Part shown: positions 8,609-18,457 of the stretch, piece after piece
Layout of the letters: each line of letters begins with the position of its first letter
Position numbering within the stretch: position 1 is the first letter of the stretch
IMG/VR virus record: IMGVR_UViG_3300042282_000085
Source: a virus
Taxonomy: Duplodnaviria; Caudoviricetes
Direction: 5' to 3' (one strand)
DNA length: 64,000 nt
Made by a program: the position numbers and the translations under genes
The notes under the pieces: model-generated
Seen by the model: only the letters and a program-made list of their open reading frames with translations
Told to the model about the DNA's origin: nothing
Database searches by the model: none

Positions 8609-10810
8609 TTATGCTGTTTTATAGATATTCACGTCGACCTCTTTCGAGAGTAGACGCGTTTTCTTTTTGTTTCTAAGGTAGATACCCATGGTTTCAAGAA
8701 TGATCAGGAACCCGGCCATCATCTCCGACTCAATGTGCTCGACGTTAATTACCTTCAGTATCTCCTCAGGTACCTTGCCCTTTTGTAAACGTGAGCGAGG
8801 GATCAAGAAGTTACTGAAGCTGCTACGGCCTGTTGCCTTGGTACCGCAGGTCGGGCAGACGGCATCCTTCTCACTCGTCTCCTCACACTGACAACTATAC
8901 GAAGCCGCTAGCCATTCGCGTAACCCCTCCTGCATCTCAGGTTCCAATGTCTCCATCCACTCTTTAAGTTTAACGGGTGAACCTAAGTCCACCGGGACCT
9001 TCACTGCTGCGTAAGGAGGGGGGTCAGCCATCCCATAACGGCAGGCAAAGACCTTATTCCAAAGGTCATAGTGAACGTGGTTCGATTTCGATGCATTCTT
9101 ATACGCCTTGGCGGCCTTTATCTGCATAGAGGCTAGATACGTGGACTCACCGGCCAGGATAGAGCGGTTAACCTCATGGGCGAGGGTAACGGGTACCCGA
9201 AGGGCCTCATACATCGTAGGGCGGTTATTCGCCATAATGGAATCCATAATCCATTTGATGTAGTTACCCAGTGTCTCGGTAATGATACTCGGAAGACGAG
9301 AGTTCTTAAGGTTTACGCCCTTAGAGTCAAACTCAGGTTCTGGGTATACGTTGCCCTCACAGGCACGAATGTACGAAAAGTAATGTTTCGCCATATTCGT
9401 AACGCCCAATACCGGCTGATAGAACTCAGACTTCATTGCCAGTCTAAAGAGCTTATCGTCTTTGACCCCTAAGTGTCTGGATAATTGTGCCAGTACATGC
9501 TTAAGGACCTGAGAGTCAATGTACGCCATCGCACCCGCTACCGACATGCCTCGACGGGTAAAGTCATTTTGCCCGATATACCAGACCACCCAGTCTTCGG
9601 TGGTAAAGATCGTGGAGTCAGTATCCGAAACCACCGCACAGTCCCTTAAGATGGTGGGGACACTGTGTACACCGTGTGGCATGTGGTCTGACTTAAGGAA
9701 CGCATCGATGTAGAGCTGGTAGTTAGATAATGCCTCCTGTGTTTGTTTAATGGCCGCACCATAGAGCTTATATCCCTCAGGATTATCCTTGGCCATATCG
9801 CGAACAGTCTTACCACTGAGCTCTTCGGACATCACCAACCCGATCATGGCAACCAAATCAGGATGTGCACCCTGTACATAGACATCAGGGTCCTCTACAC
9901 CCTCTAGAGGCTTCTCCACCAACTGACCGATAAAGGCACGCATGAACCCTTCATTCACATCCCGCATCGCTCTAAGGTCATAGGTAAAGGCTACGACCGC
10001 CCGTTGCCAATCTTCCATCTTATCAATAAAAGCACTGACCTGCTCCACACCCTTAGGGGAGCGCCAGTATCGACGACAGCTTCTAAAGATATGGTCCTTA
10101 AGGTAGTCGGGGGTAGGGGCTGTAAGCTTATAGGTTGCGAGTGCCTCTTTAACCAAACTCTCGTCGGCGAGTCGAATCGAGGCTGCCATTTCCGATAAGG
10201 TGACCTCACTATTATAATAATGTCGGTTTCCCATAAGCAGTCGTTCAGCCACCGCATTGGAGTAACTAGTCGCACAGCGGCAGATGGAGGTCAGTGTCGT
10301 ATGGGCAGAGGCATTATAAATCGGGTTATGTGGACTGGAGTGGGCACCCGAAATAGAGTTGTTCAGGATCTTGATGGTAGATTGTTGGTTATTACAGAAG
10401 GTAGCCAACTCCATATTACCTTCCATCTTAGCCTTCTGCCCTTCTTTCTTCACCTTAGATCGCCGCTGCAAGCCCTGATCGATAAAGTCAGGCAAGAACC
10501 CCAACTTCTTATCGGGATTCGAATACATGATGAGGTTAGGGCCCAGGATGCGACCGGTATGCTCGATCTCATTCAGGTAATTCGTTAACGGCTGTTTCTC
10601 TTTACGTCGATCGGGCGAGCCGTCTCTGCGGGCCAGGGTCTTGAGAACCGGCTCTTGAAACTGACTATTGGCCTTTAGCCATTCTAAAGCAACGTCCTTA
10701 GGCTTACCCGACATAATGCTTATATACTGCGCCATGTTTTCATGGTAGTTGTTCAGGATATTAATGTCGCGCGTGTACTCTGACGGTGCGCGTACAAATG
10801 GATCTTTCAT
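8609..10810 (-). CDS. Family B DNA polymerase, polymerase subunit (phiKZ gp50-like)
   Basis: KILNNSISG (motif B), VVSDTDST (motif C), KHYF and KGVNLK motifs. No N-terminal exonuclease domain is evident, as in the split phiKZ polymerase. Confidence 0.88.
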   Translation of the reverse strand: MKDPFVRAPSEYTRDINILNNYHENMAQYISIMSGKPKDVALEWLKANSQFQEPVLKTLARRDGSPDRRKEKQPLTNYLNEIEHTGRILGPNLIMYSNPDKKLGFLPDFIDQGLQRRSKVKKEGQKAKMEGNMELATFCNNQQSTIKILNNSISGAHSSPHNPIYNASAHTTLTSICRCATSYSNAVAERLLMGNRHYYNSEVTLSEMAASIRLADESLVKEALATYKLTAPTPDYLKDHIFRSCRRYWRSPKGVEQVSAFIDKMEDWQRAVVAFTYDLRAMRDVNEGFMRAFIGQLVEKPLEGVEDPDVYVQGAHPDLVAMIGLVMSEELSGKTVRDMAKDNPEGYKLYGAAIKQTQEALSNYQLYIDAFLKSDHMPHGVHSVPTILRDCAVVSDTDSTIFTTEDWVVWYIGQNDFTRRGMSVAGAMAYIDSQVLKHVLAQLSRHLGVKDDKLFRLAMKSEFYQPVLGVTNMAKHYFSYIRACEGNVYPEPEFDSKGVNLKNSRLPSIITETLGNYIKWIMDSIMANNRPTMYEALRVPVTLAHEVNRSILAGESTYLASMQIKAAKAYKNASKSNHVHYDLWNKVFACRYGMADPPPYAAVKVPVDLGSPVKLKEWMETLEPEMQEGLREWLAASYSCQCEETSEKDAVCPTCGTKATGRSSFSNFLIPRSRLQKGKVPEEILKVINVEHIESEMMAGFLIILETMGIYLRNKKKTRLLSKEVDVNIYKTA

Positions 10811-10895
10811 TAGGGATACTCCAGACGTAAGGGTCGAGTAATCAATTCTACTACCTTATAGGGGCTACCGATCTAAATAGAAAAAAAAATAACCC

Positions 10896-10911
10896 CACTC
10901 CCGAAGGAGTG
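10896..10911 (-). terminator. Intrinsic terminator hairpin
   Basis: CACTCC-cgaa-GGAGTG with an A-run on its left (U-tract on the minus strand). Confidence 0.6.
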
Positions 10912-11008
10912 AGGGTGCCTAATATTAACGGCTAACCCACCGTAGTGGGACCTTTAACCAAGGGGTAAAGCATGTACATCTTCCACATGAGATAGGGGTG
11001 ATGAGTAA

Positions 11009-11476
11009 TTATTCACTGACTTCAATTTTATCGATCTTGTATCCATTCGACAGCAGCAGAGCACGGATCGCGGTTGTATCGGGATCCCGAAAGTCAGTCA
11101 GGGTGATAGTGGCCTTGGACACCGTATTGACGTACAGGGCAGATTCAATAATCCAGGCCTCTCCGACATACAGAATAGCACTGTCGTTTGCCTTAATCAT
11201 AAGGTAGTTATAGGCTGTCCAGTCATCCGGGTAGATGGCCTTAACGTTATCCGGCAAATGCCGATAGATGTTGGCATGATGCGTAGCTGCATTGGCTGAC
11301 GCGGGCACCCCGTCACTGTTTAGACGGGCCAGTATTTTACCTTCAATCTCAACCCGTCCAGACATAGCGCTGTACAGCGACATCTGTACGTTATCGTTCA
11401 GGGTGAGTTGGTGTACCGTGACGGCGTTTAACATGTTGTAATCTCCGTGTTCGCGCGGCGTAGGTACCGAGCGCAT
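11009..11476 (-). CDS. Conserved phiKZ-like small beta-barrel protein (gp49-like); true start probably at MLNAV
   Basis: HANIYRHLP...DDWTAYNYLMIK...VGEAWI...LLSNGY pattern; position directly upstream of the polymerase gene. Confidence 0.6.
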   Translation of the reverse strand: MRSVPTPREHGDYNMLNAVTVHQLTLNDNVQMSLYSAMSGRVEIEGKILARLNSDGVPASANAATHHANIYRHLPDNVKAIYPDDWTAYNYLMIKANDSAILYVGEAWIIESALYVNTVSKATITLTDFRDPDTTAIRALLLSNGYKIDKIEVSE

Positions 11477-11738
11477 CGATGAACTTTAAAGTAGATAGAT
11501 CAAGCTCAGCTTTATACCACTGATCAATGATCTCAACCAAGGGTTCTTGAAGGGCTAGGGGGAGCGACTCCAGAGGTTCTAAATCTCCATCATCCAAGGC
11601 TAGGACGACCTCCGTCAACCGCTCTAGCCCCTGTGCAATGATAAGGGGCGTGATGGGGGTGTCAGGTGAGTCTTCTAATAGCCACGTCATGATGAGGGGC
11701 ACTATCTCGACCCGACGGTCTATTATAATTGTAACCAT
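11391..11738 (-). CDS. Hypothetical protein
   Basis: Part of a chain of overlapping same-strand ORFs; no motif recognised. Confidence 0.5.
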   Translation of the reverse strand: MVTIIIDRRVEIVPLIMTWLLEDSPDTPITPLIIAQGLERLTEVVLALDDGDLEPLESLPLALQEPLVEIIDQWYKAELDLSTLKFIDALGTYAARTRRLQHVKRRHGTPTHPER

Positions 11739-12153
11739 CTTCCGTCCTTATTAACAGACTGTTCCCACCCAACAACTCTACCCTTGCGATAGGGGCTAGG
11801 TAGAGGGCATGGTCCGGTGGTATCACTTTGAGTTGCTCGTAAATCTCTGAGCACAGCGTATGGAGGCAGTAGTATATCATCTCCTCCAAGTCACTGCGCC
11901 AGCCTGTGTCTAGAAATGACATTATATCATCGACATAGGTGTCGGATAAAATTATGTCAATAACCTCATCCACAATGTCTTCATTCCACCCATGGTTAAT
12001 CGCTGCGGCTAAGTGTTCAACTGCACCGGGGAGGGGTTTGAACAGATAGTAGTACCAGCGGTTAATCGTTGCGGGGTTAGCCCCTACCTCAGCCTGCAGT
12101 GGGTATAATAGATGATACAGGTGTGGGATACTGATAATGACAATCGAAGCCAT
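11662..12153 (-). CDS. Hypothetical protein
   Basis: 163-aa ORF with a GGAGG RBS in the same operon. Confidence 0.55.
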   Translation of the reverse strand: MASIVIISIPHLYHLLYPLQAEVGANPATINRWYYYLFKPLPGAVEHLAAAINHGWNEDIVDEVIDIILSDTYVDDIMSFLDTGWRSDLEEMIYYCLHTLCSEIYEQLKVIPPDHALYLAPIARVELLGGNSLLIRTEDGYNYNRPSGRDSAPHHDVAIRRLT

Positions 12154-12167
12154 ACCAACGACCTCCG

Positions 12168-12647
12168 TTAAATAAAGGATACCACGACATTATTAGGGCC
12201 GATAATAGCCGCACGGGTAACAGGCTTACCCAGATACGGCATGATTAGCGCCTCTTGCGGATATTCGAATCCTGCAATGAGTTCCATTAGCCATTCCTGT
12301 ATAACGTCGTACTCTAGCATAAAAAGGGCGTCCCGAATAACCCTCCCCTGATCTGACTCTAAAAGATGGGTGGCGAGTATGTCAGCCGATTGCAGTCCGT
12401 CTGGACGCCAGCGATCAATAACGTCTACTGATAAAAGGTGGTTATAAAGGATAGGCAATATACCCCCCACTACCGGATGGTAGTGGGGGTCTATGGTGTT
12501 TTCCTCTATACCGTAATGCGTGAGTATCAGGCTATGGTAGCCTCTCATTGGACCCTCCTGCCCAATACGGGTTATCAACAGTAAGGTTTGGCACAATGTT
12601 AATCGCCACTGCAGCCGGTGGCAGTAGCGCAACACTTTTATCCTCAT
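12168..12647 (-). CDS. Hypothetical protein (start probably at MRGYH, near 12548)
   Basis: GGAGGG RBS before the internal ATG; operon context. Confidence 0.5.
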   Translation of the reverse strand: MRIKVLRYCHRLQWRLTLCQTLLLITRIGQEGPMRGYHSLILTHYGIEENTIDPHYHPVVGGILPILYNHLLSVDVIDRWRPDGLQSADILATHLLESDQGRVIRDALFMLEYDVIQEWLMELIAGFEYPQEALIMPYLGKPVTRAAIIGPNNVVVSFI

Positions 12648-12975
12648 GGATGTAGATCGACATCGGTACCGGTACTACGCTGTTTTTAACCGCCTCCAGT
12701 ATCTCGTAGGCCACCGACTCCCATTGGTAGGCACGGGTACAAACGTCACAGTCATGACACCCGCACTCTAGCGTCGGCATGTGGCCCATCCAATCGCTGT
12801 CTAGTACGTACGTAACCACATCGTCCATCCGTGCATCCGGATCCTGCTCAGCCAAATAAAAGAGCGCATACAGGTCTTCGGCCAATGCCATGAAGTCGGT
12901 ACCCGCCTGCAAGACTTGTGGCGGTATGGGCTGGCGATGTATTATTAGTCGTGTCATATTCATGCGTGTCCCCAA
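12532..12975 (-). CDS. Hypothetical protein with a CxCxxCxxC cluster
   Basis: ECGCHDCDVC possible metal-binding site; operon context. Confidence 0.55.
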   Translation of the reverse strand: MGTRMNMTRLIIHRQPIPPQVLQAGTDFMALAEDLYALFYLAEQDPDARMDDVVTYVLDSDWMGHMPTLECGCHDCDVCTRAYQWESVAYEILEAVKNSVVPVPMSIYIHEDKSVALLPPAAVAINIVPNLTVDNPYWAGGSNERLP

Positions 12976-13370
12976 CCACTGTTATGGGTAGGTGCAATCG
13001 CGTGTCGGACCGGGGGATCGGGCCACCATTTAATGACGCCGGTTCCCTGTGAGATCCACTCCACCACATAGGTGTAATTCCACTGAGGAGCACCTACTGT
13101 GGACTGCAACAGTGCATCTACCGCATCATAGAGTTGCTTCTCTATATAGGTACGGTAGTCTGTCGGGATGGAGAGTGCGATCATTACATCCGTAAGGGGA
13201 TCGTTACAATGGGTACGGAACATAGAACCGTAAAGCTGACAATCCACCTCATGGCGTACGATGTCGCACGTATCCACCACTGAGGCTGCTGTGTCGAATT
13301 GTACAAGCCAATCTGACAAAGCCTTAGCTGTAGGCACTACACCTACTATTCCGCACCCTTCACTCATCAC
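12960..13370 (-). CDS. Hypothetical protein
   Basis: Start overlaps the upstream stop codon; operon context. Confidence 0.55.
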   Translation of the reverse strand: MMSEGCGIVGVVPTAKALSDWLVQFDTAASVVDTCDIVRHEVDCQLYGSMFRTHCNDPLTDVMIALSIPTDYRTYIEKQLYDAVDALLQSTVGAPQWNYTYVVEWISQGTGVIKWWPDPPVRHAIAPTHNSGWGHA

Positions 13371-14023
13371 TCACCTCGCATTCGATGCCAGTCCTGTATG
13401 CGATAGTCCCCATCGTGGATTAAAACGTGGAGCTTACCCGCTAGATGTAAACTCCATACGTCATATGGGTTTTCGCTACGCACACGGCTCAAGGCATCAT
13501 TCAAATGGTAGATTGGCTCAATGTCGTCAAAGAAACACAGGATCTCTTCTATCTGACGGACAATGTCCTCTTCTGATTCGGAAGGTTTGTTAAAGTTAAT
13601 ATCCTCACCCGACAACTGTCGAACAAGTTCCGCCATTTGAACAGGGCTAACCTTCGCTTTCGAGAGCACCTGTTGTAGACCAAAGCTGGGACCATTTTGA
13701 ATATAGTCCTCTATGGCCGCCAGGAGAATGGCGTCCTCCATTACATTGCGGTAGGTGCCGGTCTCCACATAGCTCTTCGCCAATGCCCCCCGTACCTTAG
13801 CCACCACATGGTTACGGGTGTATTCTGGTACAGTCCACCCCATCACTCGGGCGAGCGGCGCCTCGATGACGTCACGTACATGGGCAACGACGAGATTGTA
13901 ACAGAAGGCCTTGTCATAGTTAAGGTTCGGGATGAGACCCGCTTTAGCGCCCCCCACAAAATAGCTGTGTAACAGGGCGCCATAGCGGTTAAGGTCTAAA
14001 ATAACACGTTTGTTCTCAGACAT
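13367..14023 (-). CDS. Hypothetical protein (phiKZ-like, DYRIxDW C-terminus)
   Basis: 218-aa ORF in the operon downstream of phuZ. Confidence 0.6.
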   Translation of the reverse strand: MSENKRVILDLNRYGALLHSYFVGGAKAGLIPNLNYDKAFCYNLVVAHVRDVIEAPLARVMGWTVPEYTRNHVVAKVRGALAKSYVETGTYRNVMEDAILLAAIEDYIQNGPSFGLQQVLSKAKVSPVQMAELVRQLSGEDINFNKPSESEEDIVRQIEEILCFFDDIEPIYHLNDALSRVRSENPYDVWSLHLAGKLHVLIHDGDYRIQDWHRMRGE

Positions 14024-14045
14024 ACGTCTATCCTTGATACGTCAC

Positions 14046-14501
14046 TCATCGTCGAATGATTGCAGTGGGTGAATGGGCTAGAATCAATGCAACGTCGCCT
14101 GGCCCTAGGATTTCAACATCAAATCCTAGATTAGCCGCCGCCTCACCGAACTCAGGGGTAGGTGAGAGTGCACGATAGAGGTCACTGGAGTATTCCTCCA
14201 ACGCACGGTTAATGGATACCTCCATCTCCAGACAAGGTGGCCGATACCGGGTCGGTACGTAGGTAAGCAAGAACATGTCTTCTAATCTACGCCCCAGCCA
14301 GTAGCGGTAGAGGTCCATTACACTGTTACCCCGATCATCCTGAGGCTCTACCATCGTAAAGTCTCTAACCTGCAAACAGGCGTGGATGATTTCCCGTATG
14401 TCCCGATCTACACTGCGATCAAAATGATGAATAATCGTAGTAAAGGGAAGCTTACTCACACCAAGCTCCTTCGTTAAGAGGGGGAGAGGCTCCCCCTGCA
14501 C
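14046..14501 (-). CDS. Hypothetical protein
   Basis: ORF immediately downstream of phuZ; start uncertain. Confidence 0.5.
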   Translation of the reverse strand: MQGEPLPLLTKELGVSKLPFTTIIHHFDRSVDRDIREIIHACLQVRDFTMVEPQDDRGNSVMDLYRYWLGRRLEDMFLLTYVPTRYRPPCLEMEVSINRALEEYSSDLYRALSPTPEFGEAAANLGFDVEILGPGDVALILAHSPTAIIRR

Positions 14502-14506
14502 CCTAT

Positions 14507-15262
14507 TTAGAACACCATACCACTGTCGTCCGTAGTACGGTCACCCTTATCCATCACCTGATGAACACCCACTGGGGTAGCGGTCGCCAGTGATTCCCGT
14601 ACGCTGTCGTATCCACGGATTGCCATTTCAACACCCCCCATGATTTGTCCAATGCGACTAGCTGAGGTTGCGAAATGGAAGTTAGGCAGGTCCTTAGCAC
14701 CCCAGACCTTACCATCGTAGTAACCGACACAGCTATACGGCTGACCCAAGGATGGAATTTCATCGCCATCGCTATTGAGCAGTGAGGCTGTCGAGATAAC
14801 AGCACCGTCCAAGGCCGTAATATCGGTACCCTGCCATTCGGGTTTACCACCAAATGTCTGTTTAAAGGGTAGTACCTCAATCAGCTGAGACGGGATATCG
14901 GCGTGGTTACGACTATGATCCAACCAGTTCACCAGGTCAGTGTGGTCCAGTTCATGGTGACTGCCACAGAACAAGAGACCCAGCTGACGTACAATCTCTT
15001 CGACACGGTTATCGATATCCGGACGAGAGCCCAGGTATCCATCGTTAGCGTGATTATCGCTAGCGGCGTTTTCCTGATAGATCATCATAATGGGACGATT
15101 GTTGGTAGCCTTACCCATGGCCATAGACTGTAGCGTTTCCAGTGTACGCAGCGTATTCTTGGCCTCAATACCTGAATAGGTACTGCCCACCACCAGCGTA
15201 ATGACGTTTGCACCACGTCGCAACAGTTCTGCCGTTACAAGGGGGCCCACCACAGAACCACT
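14507..15262 (-). CDS. phuZ: PhuZ phage tubulin, exon 2
   Basis: Starts AGT GGT TCT GTG GTG GGC CCC (SGSVVGP) right after the intron-terminal G. Contains NTLRTLETL, ELDHTDLVNW and the acidic tail TDDSGMVF typical of PhuZ. Confidence 0.9.
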   Translation of the reverse strand, partial: SGSVVGPLVTAELLRRGANVITLVVGSTYSGIEAKNTLRTLETLQSMAMGKATNNRPIMMIYQENAASDNHANDGYLGSRPDIDNRVEEIVRQLGLLFCGSHHELDHTDLVNWLDHSRNHADIPSQLIEVLPFKQTFGGKPEWQGTDITALDGAVISTASLLNSDGDEIPSLGQPYSCVGYYDGKVWGAKDLPNFHFATSASRIGQIMGGVEMAIRGYDSVRESLATATPVGVHQVMDKGDRTTDDSGMVF

Positions 15263-16914
15263 CGTTATCTTCAACACTGTTCGTTAATCAGTGTCCGCAA
15301 CATTACTTGCAGCTCCCACCTTTCAATGGGAGACGAGACTATATCAATATCCTAATTTTGAATAGGTTTATTTAAGCGCACTATGTGAATGTTTGGGTCA
15401 TTCAGTTGCTTATAAACATATTCTAGACTGAAGTATTTACGTTTATCTGCTATACCAAGCTCATCTAGAAGAGCCTCGTCGCCCTGGACGAGTTTAGTGG
15501 TACTTCCATTGGTTACCCTATACATTCGCATAGGGGCCTTACATTTAAAGTAACTGGAGAGTATGGTCTCCTCAGTAAAGGGATACCACGCATACCTATG
15601 AAGGCTAGATCTTAAACCCAGCCCGTGTATGAGTGTAGTTCCCTTACGCCCTTTACATTCGCCAAGTTTAGTCGAAACGTCGCGCTGATCGTAGTTTCCA
15701 CCGTAATGCTCATTAACAAATTTCGCCACAGCTTCTGTACTGTAAAACTTTGTAGTCGTCTTTGTGTAATAGTCGTAGAGCTCGTAGTACTGTTTTTTGG
15801 CCCGATATGGTACCAACTGATAGCTCTCCCTAATTGCCATGGCCTCTTCTTTACATACGTCCGTTGCAGTTGGGAGATCATCCTCGTTGAGTGCAACGTA
15901 GTATCCGGCAATATATGCGCACTTTCTAATCTTAAATATATTAGAAAGTGATCGGATACCGGTAAAGTAAGCAGCTATAAAGTAACTAGGGTATACTAGG
16001 CGCTCTCCGTTTACACAATCCAATACAAATACGTTGGTGCCGAATTTAGCACTGTTCGAGGAACAAAACAGTGTCTGCTCGTCTTCTAATTTAACTATCC
16101 ATCGACCGAGCAAGGGTGCGTCTTTAGATCGACGTATCAACGGTATAAGGTTATTGGCATGTATGTTAATGTAATTAGCAGCACTCTTGATTGAGTTGAA
16201 CGTTAATGTCTGTCCGGACTCTAGGTCTTCCACTAACGTTCTATTCGCATTCGCATTTAATCCGTTGGCAACCGCATGTATGTGGTTCTTATGTGCCGTT
16301 ACCCACTCTAGGTTGTCGGCGCGGGGATTTAGTTTATTACCATCAATATGGTTGACCTGTAGATTGGCGTCCCAACCCGGTACAAACTCTTCTGCCACCA
16401 ATCGATGGATGGTACTATATCTTTTGCCGCCGTCATCGTTGAGTATGGATATTTTCAAATACCCGTATTTATCGATGCCCTGCTTCAAGAGTTTGCCAGT
16501 TCTAACATTTCTAACTCGGCCAGTGTCACTGACTTCATAATTAGAACACCCTGTTATTTTCTTCCACTTTTCCAATAATGCGTTCTCCATATTCAGGTCG
16601 CCCAATCGACCTTTGGTTTACACTATTCAGTCATTATTAGGATAGTCCCCGTTTCGATTTAAGGATCAATGTCCACCCACTTGGGCCCTACACGCTGGTC
16701 AATGCGTTAGTCGTTGGACGTTCCCCCTAGCCTGTCTCCCGACAGTCCTTAGGGGCTTCGCTGCTGATTGTCCAATTGCAGATATTTTCAAGCATTCACG
16801 TTTGCCTTTTCAGACTACGTTGTAGCTACCTGCACTTAAGGAGTTTCCAGCAATTAAGGGACGTGTCACCATACAGTTACCTGTACGGCGGGCTTATGTC
16901 ACAACGTGACGTTA
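15263..16914 (-). mobile_element. Group I intron (1652 nt) in phuZ carrying a NUMOD4-HNH endonuclease gene
   Basis: Junctions GGU|UAAC and AACG|AGU restore GG-SGS. Core motifs UUAAUUGCUGGAAAC, CCAACGACUAA (~16707-16717) and GAUAUAGUCU (~15336-15345). The ORF lies between the R and S elements (P8 region). Confidence 0.92.
15352..16605 (-). CDS. Intron-encoded NUMOD4-HNH homing endonuclease
   Basis: EKWKKI...YEVSDTGRVR (NUMOD4) and IHRLVA...VNHIDGNKLNPRADNLEWVT (HNH). Confidence 0.92.
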   Translation of the reverse strand: MGDLNMENALLEKWKKITGCSNYEVSDTGRVRNVRTGKLLKQGIDKYGYLKISILNDDGGKRYSTIHRLVAEEFVPGWDANLQVNHIDGNKLNPRADNLEWVTAHKNHIHAVANGLNANANRTLVEDLESGQTLTFNSIKSAANYINIHANNLIPLIRRSKDAPLLGRWIVKLEDEQTLFCSSNSAKFGTNVFVLDCVNGERLVYPSYFIAAYFTGIRSLSNIFKIRKCAYIAGYYVALNEDDLPTATDVCKEEAMAIRESYQLVPYRAKKQYYELYDYYTKTTTKFYSTEAVAKFVNEHYGGNYDQRDVSTKLGECKGRKGTTLIHGLGLRSSLHRYAWYPFTEETILSSYFKCKAPMRMYRVTNGSTTKLVQGDEALLDELGIADKRKYFSLEYVYKQLNDPNIHIVRLNKPIQN

Positions 16915-17220
16915 ACCACCTGAGGCAGAGAACATAACCAGGTTGTAATCAGACGGTTTGTGCTCCACCAACATGTTGTTGACGTGATCGTTCACGCCTT
17001 CGAAGGCTTGCTGGCGCTTCTTACCAGCACCCCGCAGACCCGGTACCAAGAACGTCTTAATATCGCCACCCAGATCGCGGATGTTTGAATCCGAGGTGTC
17101 CAGTGCGTATTTGCGCACAGTGGGATAGTACGGCACCTCAGTATCCTGAGGCAGACGTACAAAATCTTTGAGCAGGTTAATACCTGCACCGCCGCAGGCA
17201 TAGATTGACATTGTGGACAT
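16915..17220 (-). CDS. phuZ: PhuZ phage tubulin, exon 1; spliced product about 353 aa
   Basis: IYACGGAGIN, ALDTSDSN, GAGKKR and FSASGG tubulin/FtsZ GTPase motifs. Confidence 0.92.
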
Positions 17221-17279
17221 GTGTTTTCCTCTTGGTTAATGATTACAGGGCTCCGCCCTTATACGATAGGGGTAGGCCC

Positions 17280-17570
17280 TTATTTTTTAGACGTTTTTGT
17301 TACCCAACCCAAAGGCATACGAGATGCCTCGATATCCGCCAATCGTGTACGGTAGGCGGCCAGCAAATTGCCTACTGGATACAGGTACCGATTGGCCTGT
17401 AGGCTCTTAATCTGACGGTTACTGTCCGTATACAGATTGAGGTAATTGTTGCGCTCCAGAATGCGCTCCACAACCAGTGCCATACGGCCATCGTCTTTAA
17501 ACTTCTGAAGATGCGCCAGACACTCTTCGTATGTCTCCAGTCGCTTATCGCCTGCAATATTCAAGTACAT
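17280..17570 (-). CDS. Hypothetical protein
   Basis: 96-aa ORF with an AAGGAAG RBS directly downstream of an early promoter motif. Confidence 0.6.
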   Translation of the reverse strand: MYLNIAGDKRLETYEECLAHLQKFKDDGRMALVVERILERNNYLNLYTDSNRQIKSLQANRYLYPVGNLLAAYRTRLADIEASRMPLGWVTKTSKK

Positions 17571-17635
17571 AGTTTCTTCCTTCTGTCTACATTGAATAGG
17601 TGGTTATTGCGTAGATTAATTCTACTGGCATTGGG

Positions 17636-17645
17636 GTAATATAGG
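17636..17645 (-). promoter_or_regulatory. Early promoter motif CCTATATTAC upstream of the phuZ operon
   Basis: Exact repeat of the motif at 7227. Confidence 0.75.
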
Positions 17646-17686
17646 TTTTCCCTAGAATTCATTGGCCTGGGTCGATCCTATGACAC

Positions 17687-18448
17687 GTGACAGTATTAAG
17701 GGGTGCCCTTATGGCAAACATGGTAACATACGCGGTAAGCCGCATCATGCGGGAGATACCGCACGAGGTGCTCTATCAGGCCTTTGGCTCGAATGAGTGG
17801 TATAACCACCTTAACCAACTCAGCATTGAAGAGCGTATTCGACGAGAAGTGATTAACGGCATCGTACTGCCTGATTGCAATATTGTAGGCGGTGAGTCCT
17901 ACGTTGTGAACTTGGGTGGACTGGTATGGCAGTGGCTGGAGAACGGCGCACGTATTGAAATACCAATGTCTATGACATTGAACCGACCTATTTCATCCGT
18001 ACTGTCAATTGAGACGACCTACCGTAACTCTGAGCCTTATGGTAGTATGCCGGGTCAGCCCGGTCCAACCGGTTTGAACGAGGTCTATCTCGTAGGCCCT
18101 AACGTTATCTTTACACCGATTAACCCCGGGAACCTGAACTGCTTCTTGCGATGCATACTCGAAAACGATGAGCAGTTAGCAAACATTAGTCAGAAAGCGA
18201 TGTACGTGTTCGGGGACCTCGCTGTACTGGCTGCAAAGATGTATGTCCATAACAAATTGTCCGTTAGCACCACCATCACCGCAATGACCGGTGGACAAGT
18301 AGACGGTCGACTGCGGGGCATTATCGATGGGTATAGTGATGCAGCGCAGATGTACGGTGAGCTGCTACAGCGGCGTATTAAGAAAATCGCAATGATACAG
18401 GACCGCAAATGGCACCATCGCTTTATTGGTATGGGGCTAAACGATTAA
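17687..18448 (+). CDS. Conserved phiKZ-like protein (gp42-like)
   Basis: YAVSRIMREIPHEVLYQAF...VLPDCNIVGG...LAAKMYVHN pattern; divergent from the phuZ operon; a TATG late-type motif lies just upstream. Confidence 0.6.
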   Translation: MTVLRGALMANMVTYAVSRIMREIPHEVLYQAFGSNEWYNHLNQLSIEERIRREVINGIVLPDCNIVGGESYVVNLGGLVWQWLENGARIEIPMSMTLNRPISSVLSIETTYRNSEPYGSMPGQPGPTGLNEVYLVGPNVIFTPINPGNLNCFLRCILENDEQLANISQKAMYVFGDLAVLAAKMYVHNKLSVSTTITAMTGGQVDGRLRGIIDGYSDAAQMYGELLQRRIKKIAMIQDRKWHHRFIGMGLND

Positions 18449-18457
18449 GGATTAGTT

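Noticed and set aside
14507-17220. phuZ as two genes or an insertion-inactivated pseudogene
   Set aside because: The insertion has a group I core and its precise removal restores the reading frame and the GGSGS motif.
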